From Trichoplax sp. H2 (taxonomy: Eukaryota), in contig NOWV01000245.1 of assembly GCA_003344405.1 (NCBI GenBank), forward strand, positions 62,001-92,844: DNA of 30,844 nucleotides, read 5' to 3'. The notes under the pieces are model-generated. The model was not told where the DNA came from and did not search any database. It worked only from the letters and a program-made list of their open reading frames with translations. Shown piece by piece: positions 10,701-23,255 of the stretch. The position numbers and the translations under genes are program-made. Position 1 is the first letter of the stretch, and every line of letters starts with the position of its first letter.

Positions 10701-13700
10701 AGATCTATGTACTAGTAACGAAAAGTGCAGCATAAATGTTTCAGTTCATTTTAGGTGATTGTGGTAGGTTCAATAATTTATTTAAATTAAGCCATAGGTG
10801 GGTGTTACGATTTATCATTACCGTGAATAAAAAATATTCATTCATACTTTTATCTAAAGTAGAGTTGTGATATGTTAAATCGTTAATGGATTTCTAATAG
10901 CGACTCTGACGATTTAAATCATTTAATAAGAGCAGAATATGTAATGGAGATTTTCGCTCTTGTTGCTGTAAGTTGTTAAGTAACAAGTCTAGTTGATTTG
11001 TTAATTGGAGTAAAAGTGGTAAGCACTCAATAGTAATTAACACATATTTATTCTATACTAATTATCATAAATATATTTTATACAAAATCAAGTATATTGT
11101 AAATAGAATTTTGTACTAATTTATACCGACGGAAATTGGCACAGGTATATAAGAACGTGCCTTTAATCACAGAATGAGTTCCCATATTACATTACCTAGT
11201 AGTATATTCTATACTTCGAATAAAGATAATTTATGAAGTTGTCTGGATATACTCACTGGTGAATAAGGTCTTATACTGAGCTAGTCAAGTTAATGGCGCT
11301 TATTAGCAACGGTATATTACGGTAGAGCGGTTACACTAAAAATAAAATTTGTTACTTGTGCCACAAACGACGTTGTGATAGTGGGTGATAACTATAAAAT
11401 TGTAATATCGTAGTTGCAAATTGATACAGGGAGCCATGCTTGGTGCTATAATTTTAGTAGATTACTGTAATTTTGACTATTCCACAGCTTATCAGGCCTA
11501 AATATTGATTGATCAATTTACAGTTAGAGCAGTTTTAAATACGCAACAAATTCAATATATTATCGTTCATTCGGTTTAGATGTCCTACTAATATGGAACT
11601 GAAAATATATTATTATTTAGATTTCGTTAGCGAAATCAGCTCTTTTGCAAGTTAAACGATGTTATATTACCTGTTTGGAATTTAAGGTAATTAAAAAGCT
11701 TAAATTTTTAATGTGGTTTTGATGCAATTTTAATTCAATTACGCTTATTGTAAAATGAAGAGATTTAACAAAATCGTCACAGCATGTTAGACAGCAATTA
11801 GAATTGAATTAATTTAAATGCACGAGTTTAACTATATATTTATGTGCTTTCCGTAGATGGAGAAATATGATTAAATAGTAAGATGTAGTATGAGTACTTT
11901 TTAAATCATGAGAATATAGCTTCTATGCTATCGTATATATTAATAATTCCAAAACAACACGATAAAGTCTTAGATTTACGTAAGATAAGATAGTATAATA
12001 GGAAATATAATATGCATGTGACTAATGAAACGTCGAATGTAAATTGCTTTTGTTTGTCTTAATTGAGTTATAACTAGATTAAATAGCTTCAGGTAAAGTA
12101 GTACAACGAAATGAAACTTACATTTCCATAAATTATCGTTAATTAGCCAATCAGTAGATATATCATATCTAGGTTACAATAGTAATTTTTAAACAACGTC
12201 TTAAATCATTAAACTGAAGTTAAGAATCACACAGATATATATACACGCCTATCTTATCCACAACAAAGCATAGATAGTATAACTTTAGCAATAAGTTGTG
12301 ACCATTTGATCTAACGTAGATTTATCTAACTTACTAATTACTGATAACTAGCAGTGGCTAATCCTAATTCCGACGTCATTCTAATCAAGTTTCATAGAAA
12401 AGATTAGATTATGGCCAACCATTAATATCGATGGTCTTCGTAATTTAATTTTGACGCTTTCAAATAGATATTAAGTAACAAAGTTCATTTGAAATGGATA
12501 AATTGCAGGTAGGTTGAAGATCGCTGCTAAATATTACAATACGATGCAGGTGGCTAAAGATATAACGTACGTAATTTTAGTCGAATTATACACTGGTTTA
12601 ACATCCAATAGATTTTGGAAAAGTAGATAACGAAGGACAACAAAGAGTATCTATCTCGGATGCCTAGAATAGAAATTTGAGATAGTGACAACAAAATAAG
12701 AATGGTTTAGTATTGTGAAAATAATGATCTCCTTCTAATCAGAATTAAAATGACATATGGTACACCTTGGCTGTAATATTTAAAGAAGAAGACTGGTAAT
12801 ATAACTTAAATCACATCGATTTTTTGTTGATAATATATGAACACTTTTCTTGAAAAAGCCTCCGTAAGTAAGGCTAATTTTTTTTAGTTAAATATAATAA
12901 ACGCTTTAATGCTTTAGATTAGGTACATAACAAGCCTGATGATTGAGCTGAAAATTTTGCATTATTGTATAGCTATATGTATGAGAGTACAAGTTAGAAA
13001 AGAGAGTAGCTCATTTAGCTGTTATGAGAAAGAAATTACATTAAGAGTTAATGTATTTAGATATTTTCTGTAGACATTAATTGTACTACTTTTGAGAAAT
13101 CCAGCAAATGAAATTATCTTGTGAACAGAAATGTTCAGTTGACTTAAATTACACTTCCTTCTGCCAGAATCTCGACTCAGAAGCACAACTCAAATCACTC
13201 AATCATTTTTAAAACTTCACGAACGATTTATCTGAAGTGGTGAAAATTTGATTAACTAAGTTTATAGCAACATGAACAGTTCCAAAAGATATTCTGTATT
13301 ATATAAGTGAGAAGGCTGCATTAAGGTAATTTACATCGTTTATCGCTTTGATGCAATTGGATACATCAAATTTGTAGGAGATATATACGTCTTACTATGC
13401 GAATAAAAATTACAATCTCGCTTCAGGTAGTCATTTATGTGAACAAATGATGCTACCAAGCAACTTCATTCTATGGCCTACGGTAAATATATATACTTTG
13501 ATGTCCTCACCTTGAATTATTGAAATTGTTTATATCAGTTGATTTACGCACCAATTTAGAAACATAACTTGTTTTACTGATATTAATTACGAAGCTGATA
13601 TGATGAAATTTTTATTCGAATTTAAAGCATTTTATATTAATTTTGATGGTTGCTTTGAAATTAATGGGCTGTAGATGCAGTTGTAATTAGACTCTAGAAT

Positions 13701-14184
13701 TTTGGCTTAGGTTAGTGTCAAGAAAATAATCCTCGTGACGTTTACTTTATTTCTATGTTACGTTCTATATATGTTTATATTTCATAAATGTTTTGCGGTC
13801 TCCTTAATTGTAACTTTAGTGGTTAACAGTTGATATTCTTAATTTAGGATTAGATAAACTAAAATAGTAATTGCCAACCAGTTAAACTGGATTGTATCTA
13901 TCATCTCTAAAGTTGTTAAGGTTCAAAGTACAATTCCCAAGTTTAGAAAAAATGTCTTAGCAGGATAGCTTAATACGTATCTGTTAAACTATTATTAAGC
14001 ATTGATTATTTTAATACTGATACAGTAAATTTAATAGGATTAGACTATATCTAATCTGTACAGATAGAATCTCTTTAGAGTATTAATTTGGTTAATTTCT
14101 AATAGATGAGGTGACTTATGTGGTTAAACCGGTTTCAGGTACCGAAACCTATATAAGCGACAAGTTCGCTGATAATATATTAGC

Positions 14185-14338
14185 TTGTAATTTTCTAGTA
14201 AGTTTTGAAGGTCTCCCTGTGTTAAACCCTATCTGCCTTGGAATACCAACCGATTGGTATTCCAAATAATAGTAATACAGGATAGAAATTACTCCTTCAA
14301 TCCTTGTTGTAAGTTAGGGGTATTTCTAGCTCGCAGCA
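14185..14338 (+). repeat. Dispersed repeat copy A (possible non-autonomous DNA element) with internal 12-bp hairpin
   Basis: About 80% identical by manual alignment to the reverse complement of 30685-30843; contains ttggaataccaa-ccga-ttggtattccaa (14238-14265). Confidence 0.8.
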
Positions 14339-15512
14339 GTTAGATATTATCTCAATTTACGCTTCTAAATGTAATGAAATATTAAAACTAATTATAATTA
14401 GAAATTAAGATAAATTCTCCTTGTTATTACATTGCATTGGTCGCACTGAAGCATGCCAAAACTTAGGTTCTGTTTTAAAGACGGGAAAATATTTAATAAA
14501 TATAATATACTTACTATCACATTATAAGTAGTGAAGAATTAGGATTATATAATCAAAGTGCGCAGTTCCTGCCATGGTAGGTAATGCAATCGGCTCTAGG
14601 GATTTCAATCTTGGTGGAGACCATTGAATTGATGAATAGCAATGATCAAAATTTCGTATTTATCTATTACTACCGTATGGTTTAGGCTGCCACAGTCATC
14701 AAAATGACTTAAGATATGGAAGTGTATTTTATGATAATATTTTTTTAATCTTTTAAGTATGAACTGCTACTTTAGGAATTGTTATTGTTAGTGATAACCT
14801 AAGTCGTTATGATATTATGATGATATAGTAATATGTTGCAAGTATGTACCAAGAATACAGGAGCTTGATAGGGCTTACACTCGAAGTAGATTTGCGTATA
14901 AAATTGTTTATTACCTTGAATATTCGTATTTGATAATTCAATCACAACAGCATGTTTTTTTTTGAAATATGTTAACAGCATAGTAAATATGTTTATAACT
15001 ACTGAAAGAGTAAATAAGAAGGACTGTGATCAATAAAAAGTGATCCAAGTTAAGACTAAATTGTGTGATAGCTTCTATCGTATATTGTGTTGAGCGAGTT
15101 AGTATTTCGCAAGGATACCAGTTACAATACCATAGGCGGGGGAAGTAGTTCTGCGGATTAAAGTAAAGTTTACTATAAGCACTGTGTTATTTTCTTGTGT
15201 CGTAAGAGTAGTTGTGGCATAGGCTTTTAGGCAATTACTTATTAGATCGATATGCTCAATAGGGTATTAGGCTCAGTCAAAGTTTAAAAACTAATTGCAA
15301 TGTGCAGCTCTTGTATGCATTACTTCTAAATATCATCGCAGAATCAACATAATTGCCGGAACTTAACAGGTACCCATAGCAAATCACTTTGCTTCATTAA
15401 TGCCTATATATATCGGCTATTGGATAACATAATTTATGTCGCCGAAATGCTGTTACCAAATGACGAACTTACCAATATAATCGATGCTATTTCTTGTTAG
15501 GATTTAAATTTT

Positions 15513-15794
15513 CTAGATACCAGTTTCGGGACGAGTATTGTTGAAAGTATTGGAGCGTAATGTAAAGCTGCGACTTTTAGAAGTATTGAAACCTTTCTGC
15601 TTTTTATGAAATAATTGGCCAGAGAAGGCATAGATAACTGGATTTACCGCTGATGATAACGTCGGTAACCATGCCATCCAAAAAGCGGTAAGCCGAACGC
15701 TTTGTAGACTTCTAGGACGACGGAAACGGTACCACATGGTATATGACCAGTAGCATCCCCAACAGATGACGAAAAAGAAAGATACGAAGAGCAT
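15513..15794 (-). CDS. GPCR exon 2: TM6, TM7, helix 8, C-tail
   Basis: 93 aa ORF immediately preceded by an AG acceptor; FxxCW and NPxxY motifs; S/T-rich tail. Confidence 0.9.
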   Translation of the reverse strand: MLFVSFFFVICWGCYWSYTMWYRFRRPRSLQSVRLTAFWMAWLPTLSSAVNPVIYAFSGQLFHKKQKGFNTSKSRSFTLRSNTFNNTRPETGI

Positions 15795-18700
15795 CTAAAT
15801 TCATATGCATGTAATAGGATGCCATGATGTATGGAGTATATAGGTTTAAATTGCAGAGAAATGAAAGAGGCAATCAGTACTTAATAACAAATATTTCTAC
15901 TCATAGAGCAAAAATGGATTAAAATCGAAGCAGTTAAATATAGTCATGAAATTTGAAGTCGGAATATAGAGTATATACAGTTTATTACAGAAGATATTCG
16001 ATCTTGTTATGCAAAAAAATCTTAAAAATGGGCACTCTATAACAGTTTCTAACCCTTCACAATTATAGCGATAGTGATTGAGAAAATAAACAAAACATGG
16101 ATGGATTTTTAATTCACTAGATGCAAAAGGTTACTGTGAAACGATGGTATAACTCTTGTTGAGTAATCGCCTTCATTAAATGTTCTTCCCCTATGGATTC
16201 GAAAATTTTAAGGTGATGTACAAATTGATTTTTGTAATGAATCATTTCATGAATTTGTCAACTGATAAATGAAGCACTAAAAAGGTAGAGCTCCTTAAAA
16301 AGGAAGGAGTATCTATAATTTAACCAGCAGTTGTGACTGTTTGACATTTTTCATATGCTTTTTACTTCACGTAAGGTAAGGTTATTAAATAGACGTTAAG
16401 AGAGAACGCCAATGCGTAGGCAAACTTTGAATTGGTATTGTTATGGTAACCGATAATTTTTGCCTTATAATTATGAGAATCTATATTGTTGCCGAAATTC
16501 GTAATTTTTAACAGACAAATAAGTGTATTTCTATGTGATAAAGTGTCTTCAAAACAATAAGAAAAGAATCGAATTTCCTTTTAAACTTCACTTCATTACA
16601 TAAATTACGTTTATCTTGTAGCTATCAAGGACTATTCTATTTTAATTTTAAACTAATTTGGGCTGAATTCACATATGCTAATTAATAGATAAGTGTACAT
16701 CGTGCTTGTATGGGTAACATACACATTGGAATATCTGTATGTACACAGCAACACCATCAAAACAGAAGATATATCTTGCATTCTTACTACAATTAATATG
16801 ATAGAATAAAACACAAGATTAATGGAAGAAGGAAGAGCCGTGTTTTGTATTACTTATTTTAGAGTGAAGCAAGCCTTTCTCAATGAACCAAATATCATTT
16901 ACATTAAAAAATTGCAATTATGCCATCATGAACCTAGTATTAGATATGTTTCGTATGCTAATAGCTTAGGTGAATAGATTGGTTAATAAGATAACAAAAT
17001 ATAATTTATAGGCTACATGATTCAATTACTTAGTTAATTTCAACGTTTAGATATTTCATTAAAGTATTTTTTTCATTAAATACTTTTAATTCTACGCAAT
17101 AGGTGGGTATTATATGAATTTGACTCTGAGCACTCCGGAAATCGGAAGGAACTCGTTACGGTACTTGAACAGCTATGAAGAAATGGACATTTTTAAGAAG
17201 AAATTTCCTATTGAGAAGTGATGAATTAATTTCCTGTTTGATGGCTTGTAGTTGATTTAGAATTTGATGGTGACTACTCTACATCAAACTTGGTTGCGTT
17301 TTATATTTTATCTACGAATTGATATCTATGATAGTGTATATATATATATACAAGTTATTGAAAATTGATATAGCTAGGATGGTTAGGACACAAAAAGCAT
17401 AAGTCTTCGCTATAATTTTTTTTTAGAAGGGCGTTTATGATCACCGTAGACTTTAAAAGATGAAAAAGTGAATAAGCTTTTTAAGTATACGCGTATGCAT
17501 ATCATATTTTAGGGGTTAAGGAAATAGAGAGCCTTAGACTAGATGTACCATTTATCATAAATTCTTTCTATGTCTACGATCGATTAAAATCTGATATTTC
17601 TATTACTAATATTTAAAGTTATTTTAAGACTGTATTTTTAATGGACTGAAGAACATGAGGATATTGCGTAAAATAAATTATACAAGAGCCGGATGTTAGT
17701 CTAGGTAAAATAAGAAAAATAGGTAAATGACTTTTTGAAAAATAATTCCAGTATTGTCTGAAACTAATTAAAGAAGTTGATAGTTAGTTGAATTACGATT
17801 GTAATATTGCCATATGTTATTTTGCGATAGAGTTACTATAGTTATAGCTTTATAATTTTTTTGCTATTTTCTATATTTAACATTCGCTTTAAAAAAACAT
17901 TGGAGGGAATGAAGCGCAAGTTGCAATCGGTATTAAGAAAAGAATAATATATAATGGCTAAAGTTGATCTGCATCTTTAATCTCTGCCTTTTTAAATTAA
18001 TTAAGACATCCTGGACCAGGTGTAAGAGGATGTTGTTAAGTTGTTTAAATAATAGTAGCACTGGTAAAATATTAATACGAGATTAGAAGTGGTGATTGTA
18101 TTTTGCTTACATATTTTTGCATGGTTCCAGTATCTTAATCAAATCTTTTTAAATTAGAAGCGAATTAAAAACAGTAGAAAAAAGAGATAGCACGCAATTT
18201 ATTGCATAACACATTAAGATTAATCAATGCTGATGATTATTTCTGTCAGTCATGACGAATAAGATAGCCAATTTAAATAGCTAATTTCAATTAAGCAATC
18301 TGAAGTGACGGAGACTTGTCGACGCAGTAGTCATTAAATTCTTTATATACGAAAATACTGTACCTACGCAATAGTATTGCTAGTAACCGTTAGCTATTTA
18401 TTTTATCTTCTCGTATATTAAAAATTGATTCAATATAAATTAGCTGTAAAATATTTATAATAACTTTTCGTTAAATTAGCCGCCGACAACACTGTTGGTA
18501 GAATATTGTATCATTTCTTTATAACTACGACTAGACATCGTTTTACATTCTCAAGGTAATTATTCCATAAGATGCCATATCTGTTCCGTTTTTAAGCTTT
18601 TATGATATTTATAGATTTATTTAACTATTTAATAGATATTATGTATAATTATTATCAGCCGTCATAAAAATTGATTAATGTAACAACATCTAGCTAAATT

Positions 18701-21700
18701 TTCTCCTCAGCCTAGGCTGCATACTATCAAATATTTGACTGATTTTTAAATGCGCTAATGAATTTAGATTCGGTCGCGACAATGCTACAATGGTTTCATA
18801 TTTCCATATTATCAACGCGTTGGTAATATAACATAATCATACTATTCTGTAAAAATAGGTTTTTTAATTACAGCAGTAAGTGATAGTATACTTATTATCT
18901 ACTTAATGGGATAGTGATTATTTCTTCTGTATGATTATTTTTTCGTCATTGATACGAATAAAGTCAATTTTACATCTCTAATAAATAATATAATTAGACT
19001 AGCTGGCAAAATACTGATTATAATGGAATGAATACTAAAGCTGATGAAATGAATTTCGCTTAATTCAAGTCTAAATGAATTTTAGAACAAAAACAATAGA
19101 TAGAACTATCAAAGACTTATGTAAGGCGTGTAGTTCTAAAAAATCCATTTTATTGGAAAAGGTCTGGACCCAAGAAGTAAACTGAGGAATTTATTTCCAT
19201 TTCTACGTTGAATAGATATTCCTTTTATATTTTAAAAGACTGATAAATACTAAGCGAATATGGAAAACAATTAAACTCCTAAAATTTACTGGACAGTAAG
19301 CGTTTAAAAGAAATTGATTAATTGAGATATGATTATTGATCGATGATATGATATTATCACTTATAGTTCTACTTTTATTGCGTGTATATTTTTTTCATTG
19401 TATTTGCCTTGTATGGAAAGGTAAGATTTATACTTTTAGTACTACTGAAATATAAGTCTATTCTTTATCATAACGATTATAAAATTAATGATGCTGTTTG
19501 ATGATGAACATCCTACGGATCAAGAGTTAGATGGCATTTATTGTTATGCCATGTAGTGTGATAAATATATTATGCTAAAATTAATTCCTATTTAAGGGTT
19601 ATTTGTTACTTAAGTGGGCTAAATTTAGAATCAAGGGATTGTGTAATAGTTTATGATGCAGTTGTTGGGCTATTAATGGGAGCTATATAGTATTTATAAT
19701 TTTGCGCTCCTTTAGTTTATATTGCACTGATGCATCAGTAATAAATGACAAGCTTATTAATGTCTTCTGATTAGGATTTGCACTTAATTTTATAGCGAAA
19801 TAATTATTCATTTGTCGCATTAGAACTAAAAATCCACTACTATGTAAGTTCGTTCTTAAAGTAAATTTGAAAAATTCTAGACATCAATGATACTTCATGA
19901 GAAATTAGAATAAAATTATTCGAGTTTTTTGAAACAAATTCATCTACAATTAAAATTTTAATTGTGTTCAAAAGATCGATTCGGTTATAAAATTTGCTTG
20001 ATTGGATTCTCGTTAAATTTTAATTAAGCCGCTACACACTATGGGTTGCCGGTTAAGTAGTAACTTTAATATTGAGTTTTATAAATTAAAACGTTAATAT
20101 AGATGATGCTTTATGGGTTGGCGTAGATTTTAAGAGGATTTACACTAAAGTAAATTCAAATTAATTAATAATTCAATATTCATACTAGCACTATATAAGC
20201 TAGTTTGAGAACTAGAATGTATTAGCTTGTGAAAAGAAATATTCGACCTATTTTGTAAATCATTACAGCTATTAAACGGCAATTATCTAACTGAAAGGTA
20301 ATTAAGCTAGTGTTACTAGTTATAATGAAATGAAACAATAATATGGTTTTTATTCAACTTTGAATAACTGAATAAAAAATTTGCATTTCTTACTGACAAT
20401 ATATATTTCCGCAAGATGATTGTGTCATGATAAGGTTACTATGTATGACCGATCAGATTTTCGGTTACTAAATATTATCAAATAATTTTATTTGAGTAAT
20501 AATGACTTACTCTGTTTCGTCTAGAACAATAAGACCCCAAAATTTGTTTTATGATGCTGACGGAAGCTAGTTGTCTTTTACTGTAGATATTAATAGCTGT
20601 AGTTGTGTAGATGCTACAATCAACTAGCATTAAATCAATATGGCGATAGTTCATCATAACTGCTTTAATAATAAATAGAAATTCAGGAGTTGACAAGCGG
20701 ATGACAAATTGGAAGTAATTTTAAAGGGATAAATATATTCTGAAAATGTTTTCAACTATGCACTAACAAGAATTGCGCAGGTATAGCGGAAAAAACTAAT
20801 AGTCGAATCGATGACTACTTATGATAGTTACTTTCCTATTATTTGGCAGATTAATTCCGTTATGTTAATGGTATGAAAATACCTTTCGTTATGAAATTTC
20901 TATTTGAATTAAATGTCATTAGTTGATAAATCAGATAGCTAGACTTATTTACGTGTCAAACTTTAGATGGTTATGAATGATAGTCTATGAGACATAGATC
21001 TGAAAATTGACTCTTTGCGAATGGATTGGCAAATTAGAATAACTTAAGCTGTGCAAATAAGAGAAATCTATTCTGTTGTATTGTGCTTTTAATCAAAATT
21101 AGATCAATACTGATATTTGATGTTATTGATGACTCTTTTAAAGAATAATATAGAATAGTCTCATTAAATACAATGAATACCAGTTAGAGTTAGTAAAGGT
21201 TAAATCAATAGTGTTATGACTACAGCAATTTAGCTTTTTATTTTTTATTTTATAGGACTTTTCTGCTACTTTTGCTTTCTAACGGTACCTGTCATAGGTA
21301 TGGCTCGAATAGAATTTGTAGATTTTTGAATTCACGTAAGGAACAGAGACAAAATTTCATGAACAACTACATAATCAATTGCATTGGAAGTAATATAGTA
21401 GAATAATCCATACCCTAGATTGAGAATGAAAATTATCGGTACGATTGCGAAAATTTTACTCTATTTTTAATGTTGCTATAAAGAACATTGCTATATAGTA
21501 CTAAATGCATTCGTTTGAGATGGCATTTAAAGGATAGTAGATAATGATAAGATTTCATTGAAGATGAATTTACAGTTAAAATGTTACTAGATAGAGTCGA
21601 TAGTCTATTTTATAATTATGATTCGTCTCATTAAGCATTAGGTTAAATAAAATATTGAGTGCCAGCACTTATACTGGCACTCAGATGCTACTGCAGTCTA

Positions 21701-23255
21701 ATACAAAAATTCACTATAATAATGGAATATGCAGTAGTACCATTATCCTGCTAACTTATGCTGAACAAGTTATAAGGAAGATATGGTGGCTTGATACGTA
21801 TAAAAGTATTTTATGCATACTTTATTTCATGAGCAGTCGATGAATATCCACGAATGGCATATATTTATGTCGACTAAATATTAATGAAATCGATGTATGG
21901 TAAAGAGAATAAAATGTATGATCATAAACTTTAAGTATTCTTATTAGCCTACACTGTAAAAATATAAAATACCTTCTATTGATATTAAGAAATAAATGGG
22001 ACTATAAATCTGCACTGCCAGAATTAATACTTAATCGCGCTCCAGAATGCGTGAGACTAGAATAAATTTTTTCTTTTATCCCGATGAAGTGAGCTACTCA
22101 GTTATAGTAGGAGTGTAAAATAATGTAGTTTAATAAAAATCTAACTCAAAACTGATGGCTACCCATCTTTATTTTATGTAAATAAAAAATGTGGCGTAAA
22201 ATCAAGGATTAATGAGGAAGGGAAAGTCAGTTTACTGAACGCATGCAAGTCTTGGCAATTAATCATTTTTAAAGGTCAGCATTGTATTGGGTTAGTGTGA
22301 AGCAAGTATTGCAGTTGCAATATACGTAAGTGCCTTTTCCTATTATTCTATTAAAGTTTATTTCTTCAATCAAATATGAAGACGATGTCGACTTGAACGG
22401 AAATTAGTTATATGGGTACGATTGAATAAGAAAGGGACTCTAGGATAAATTGCGGTGAATTACAGGTATTTATACAATGTAAAAAATTGAATATATTATT
22501 ACCGTTTTAGCCACTTTCTTTCTTTCCTTCATTAAACGGTTTCGAATAGCTACAGATCCAACTGTAGCGTGACTTTCTTTCATCAAGTGATTGAAAATGG
22601 ATAAGTAGCATAGCATCATACATAGGGATGGTAAAATGTAAAGGATGATGACGGTTAAAGTAGTATAAGTACGGCTGAAGATATGTTGCGGATCATCAAA
22701 TCGGGAACAGAAGTAAGGTTTATCATAAGAGCCTGGTAATGCTTTTAAATGGACTAAGAATAGATTAGGTAGACAGATACAAAATCCAACTATCCATATG
22801 AGTAATATCGTTGTTCTAGTTCGTTTGGTGGTGCTTGCAAATTCAAATGGCTTACAAATGACTTGATAGCGATCAAAAGCTATGGCGGTTAAAGTTTGCA
22901 CGCTAATACAAATTGCTAAATTGCGAATAAACATAAATACCTTGCACATTTCTTCGCCCAAGACCCATTCATTGTGATTTAGATTTTGCAGTAGTATCGA
23001 CGGTGCATAAACACCGCTAATCATTAGATCAGATATAGCTAAGCTAGTAATATAATACACTGCAACATTAGATTTTAAATCTCTACGATATAATTTGACT
23101 ATGATAACTAATAAGTTACCAATAAAACCCAATACCATACAAATGCTTGATACTATAATCGAATACAGATTATTATCAAGGGAGTGATAGGGTGGAAAGG
23201 TATAGTTTACAGATACATTTTCCCATTCTAGTACAGTCGTTGGATATAGGCTCAT
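15513..23255 (-). CDS. Class A (rhodopsin-like) GPCR, neuropeptide-receptor-like, 2 coding exons, 344 aa
   Basis: complement(join(15513..15794,22503..23255)). Phase-0 intron: ACG|gtaata donor at 22502, aatttag|ATG acceptor at 15795. Junction reads RKKVAKT-MLFVSFFFVICW. Motifs: TM1 GN, TM2 LAISD, ECL1 W..G..MCK, DRY, TM4 W, ECL2 Cys, TM5 YILP, TM7 NPVIY(x6)F; N-terminal sequons NVS and NYT. Confidence 0.9.
22503..23255 (-). CDS. GPCR exon 1: N-terminus, TM1-TM5, ICL3
   Basis: ORF-track 261 aa ORF; 251 codons precede the GT donor at 22502. Confidence 0.93.

Noticed and set aside
17337..17350. (TA)7 microsatellite and scattered short AT-rich palindromes
   Set aside because: Expected background in AT-rich DNA
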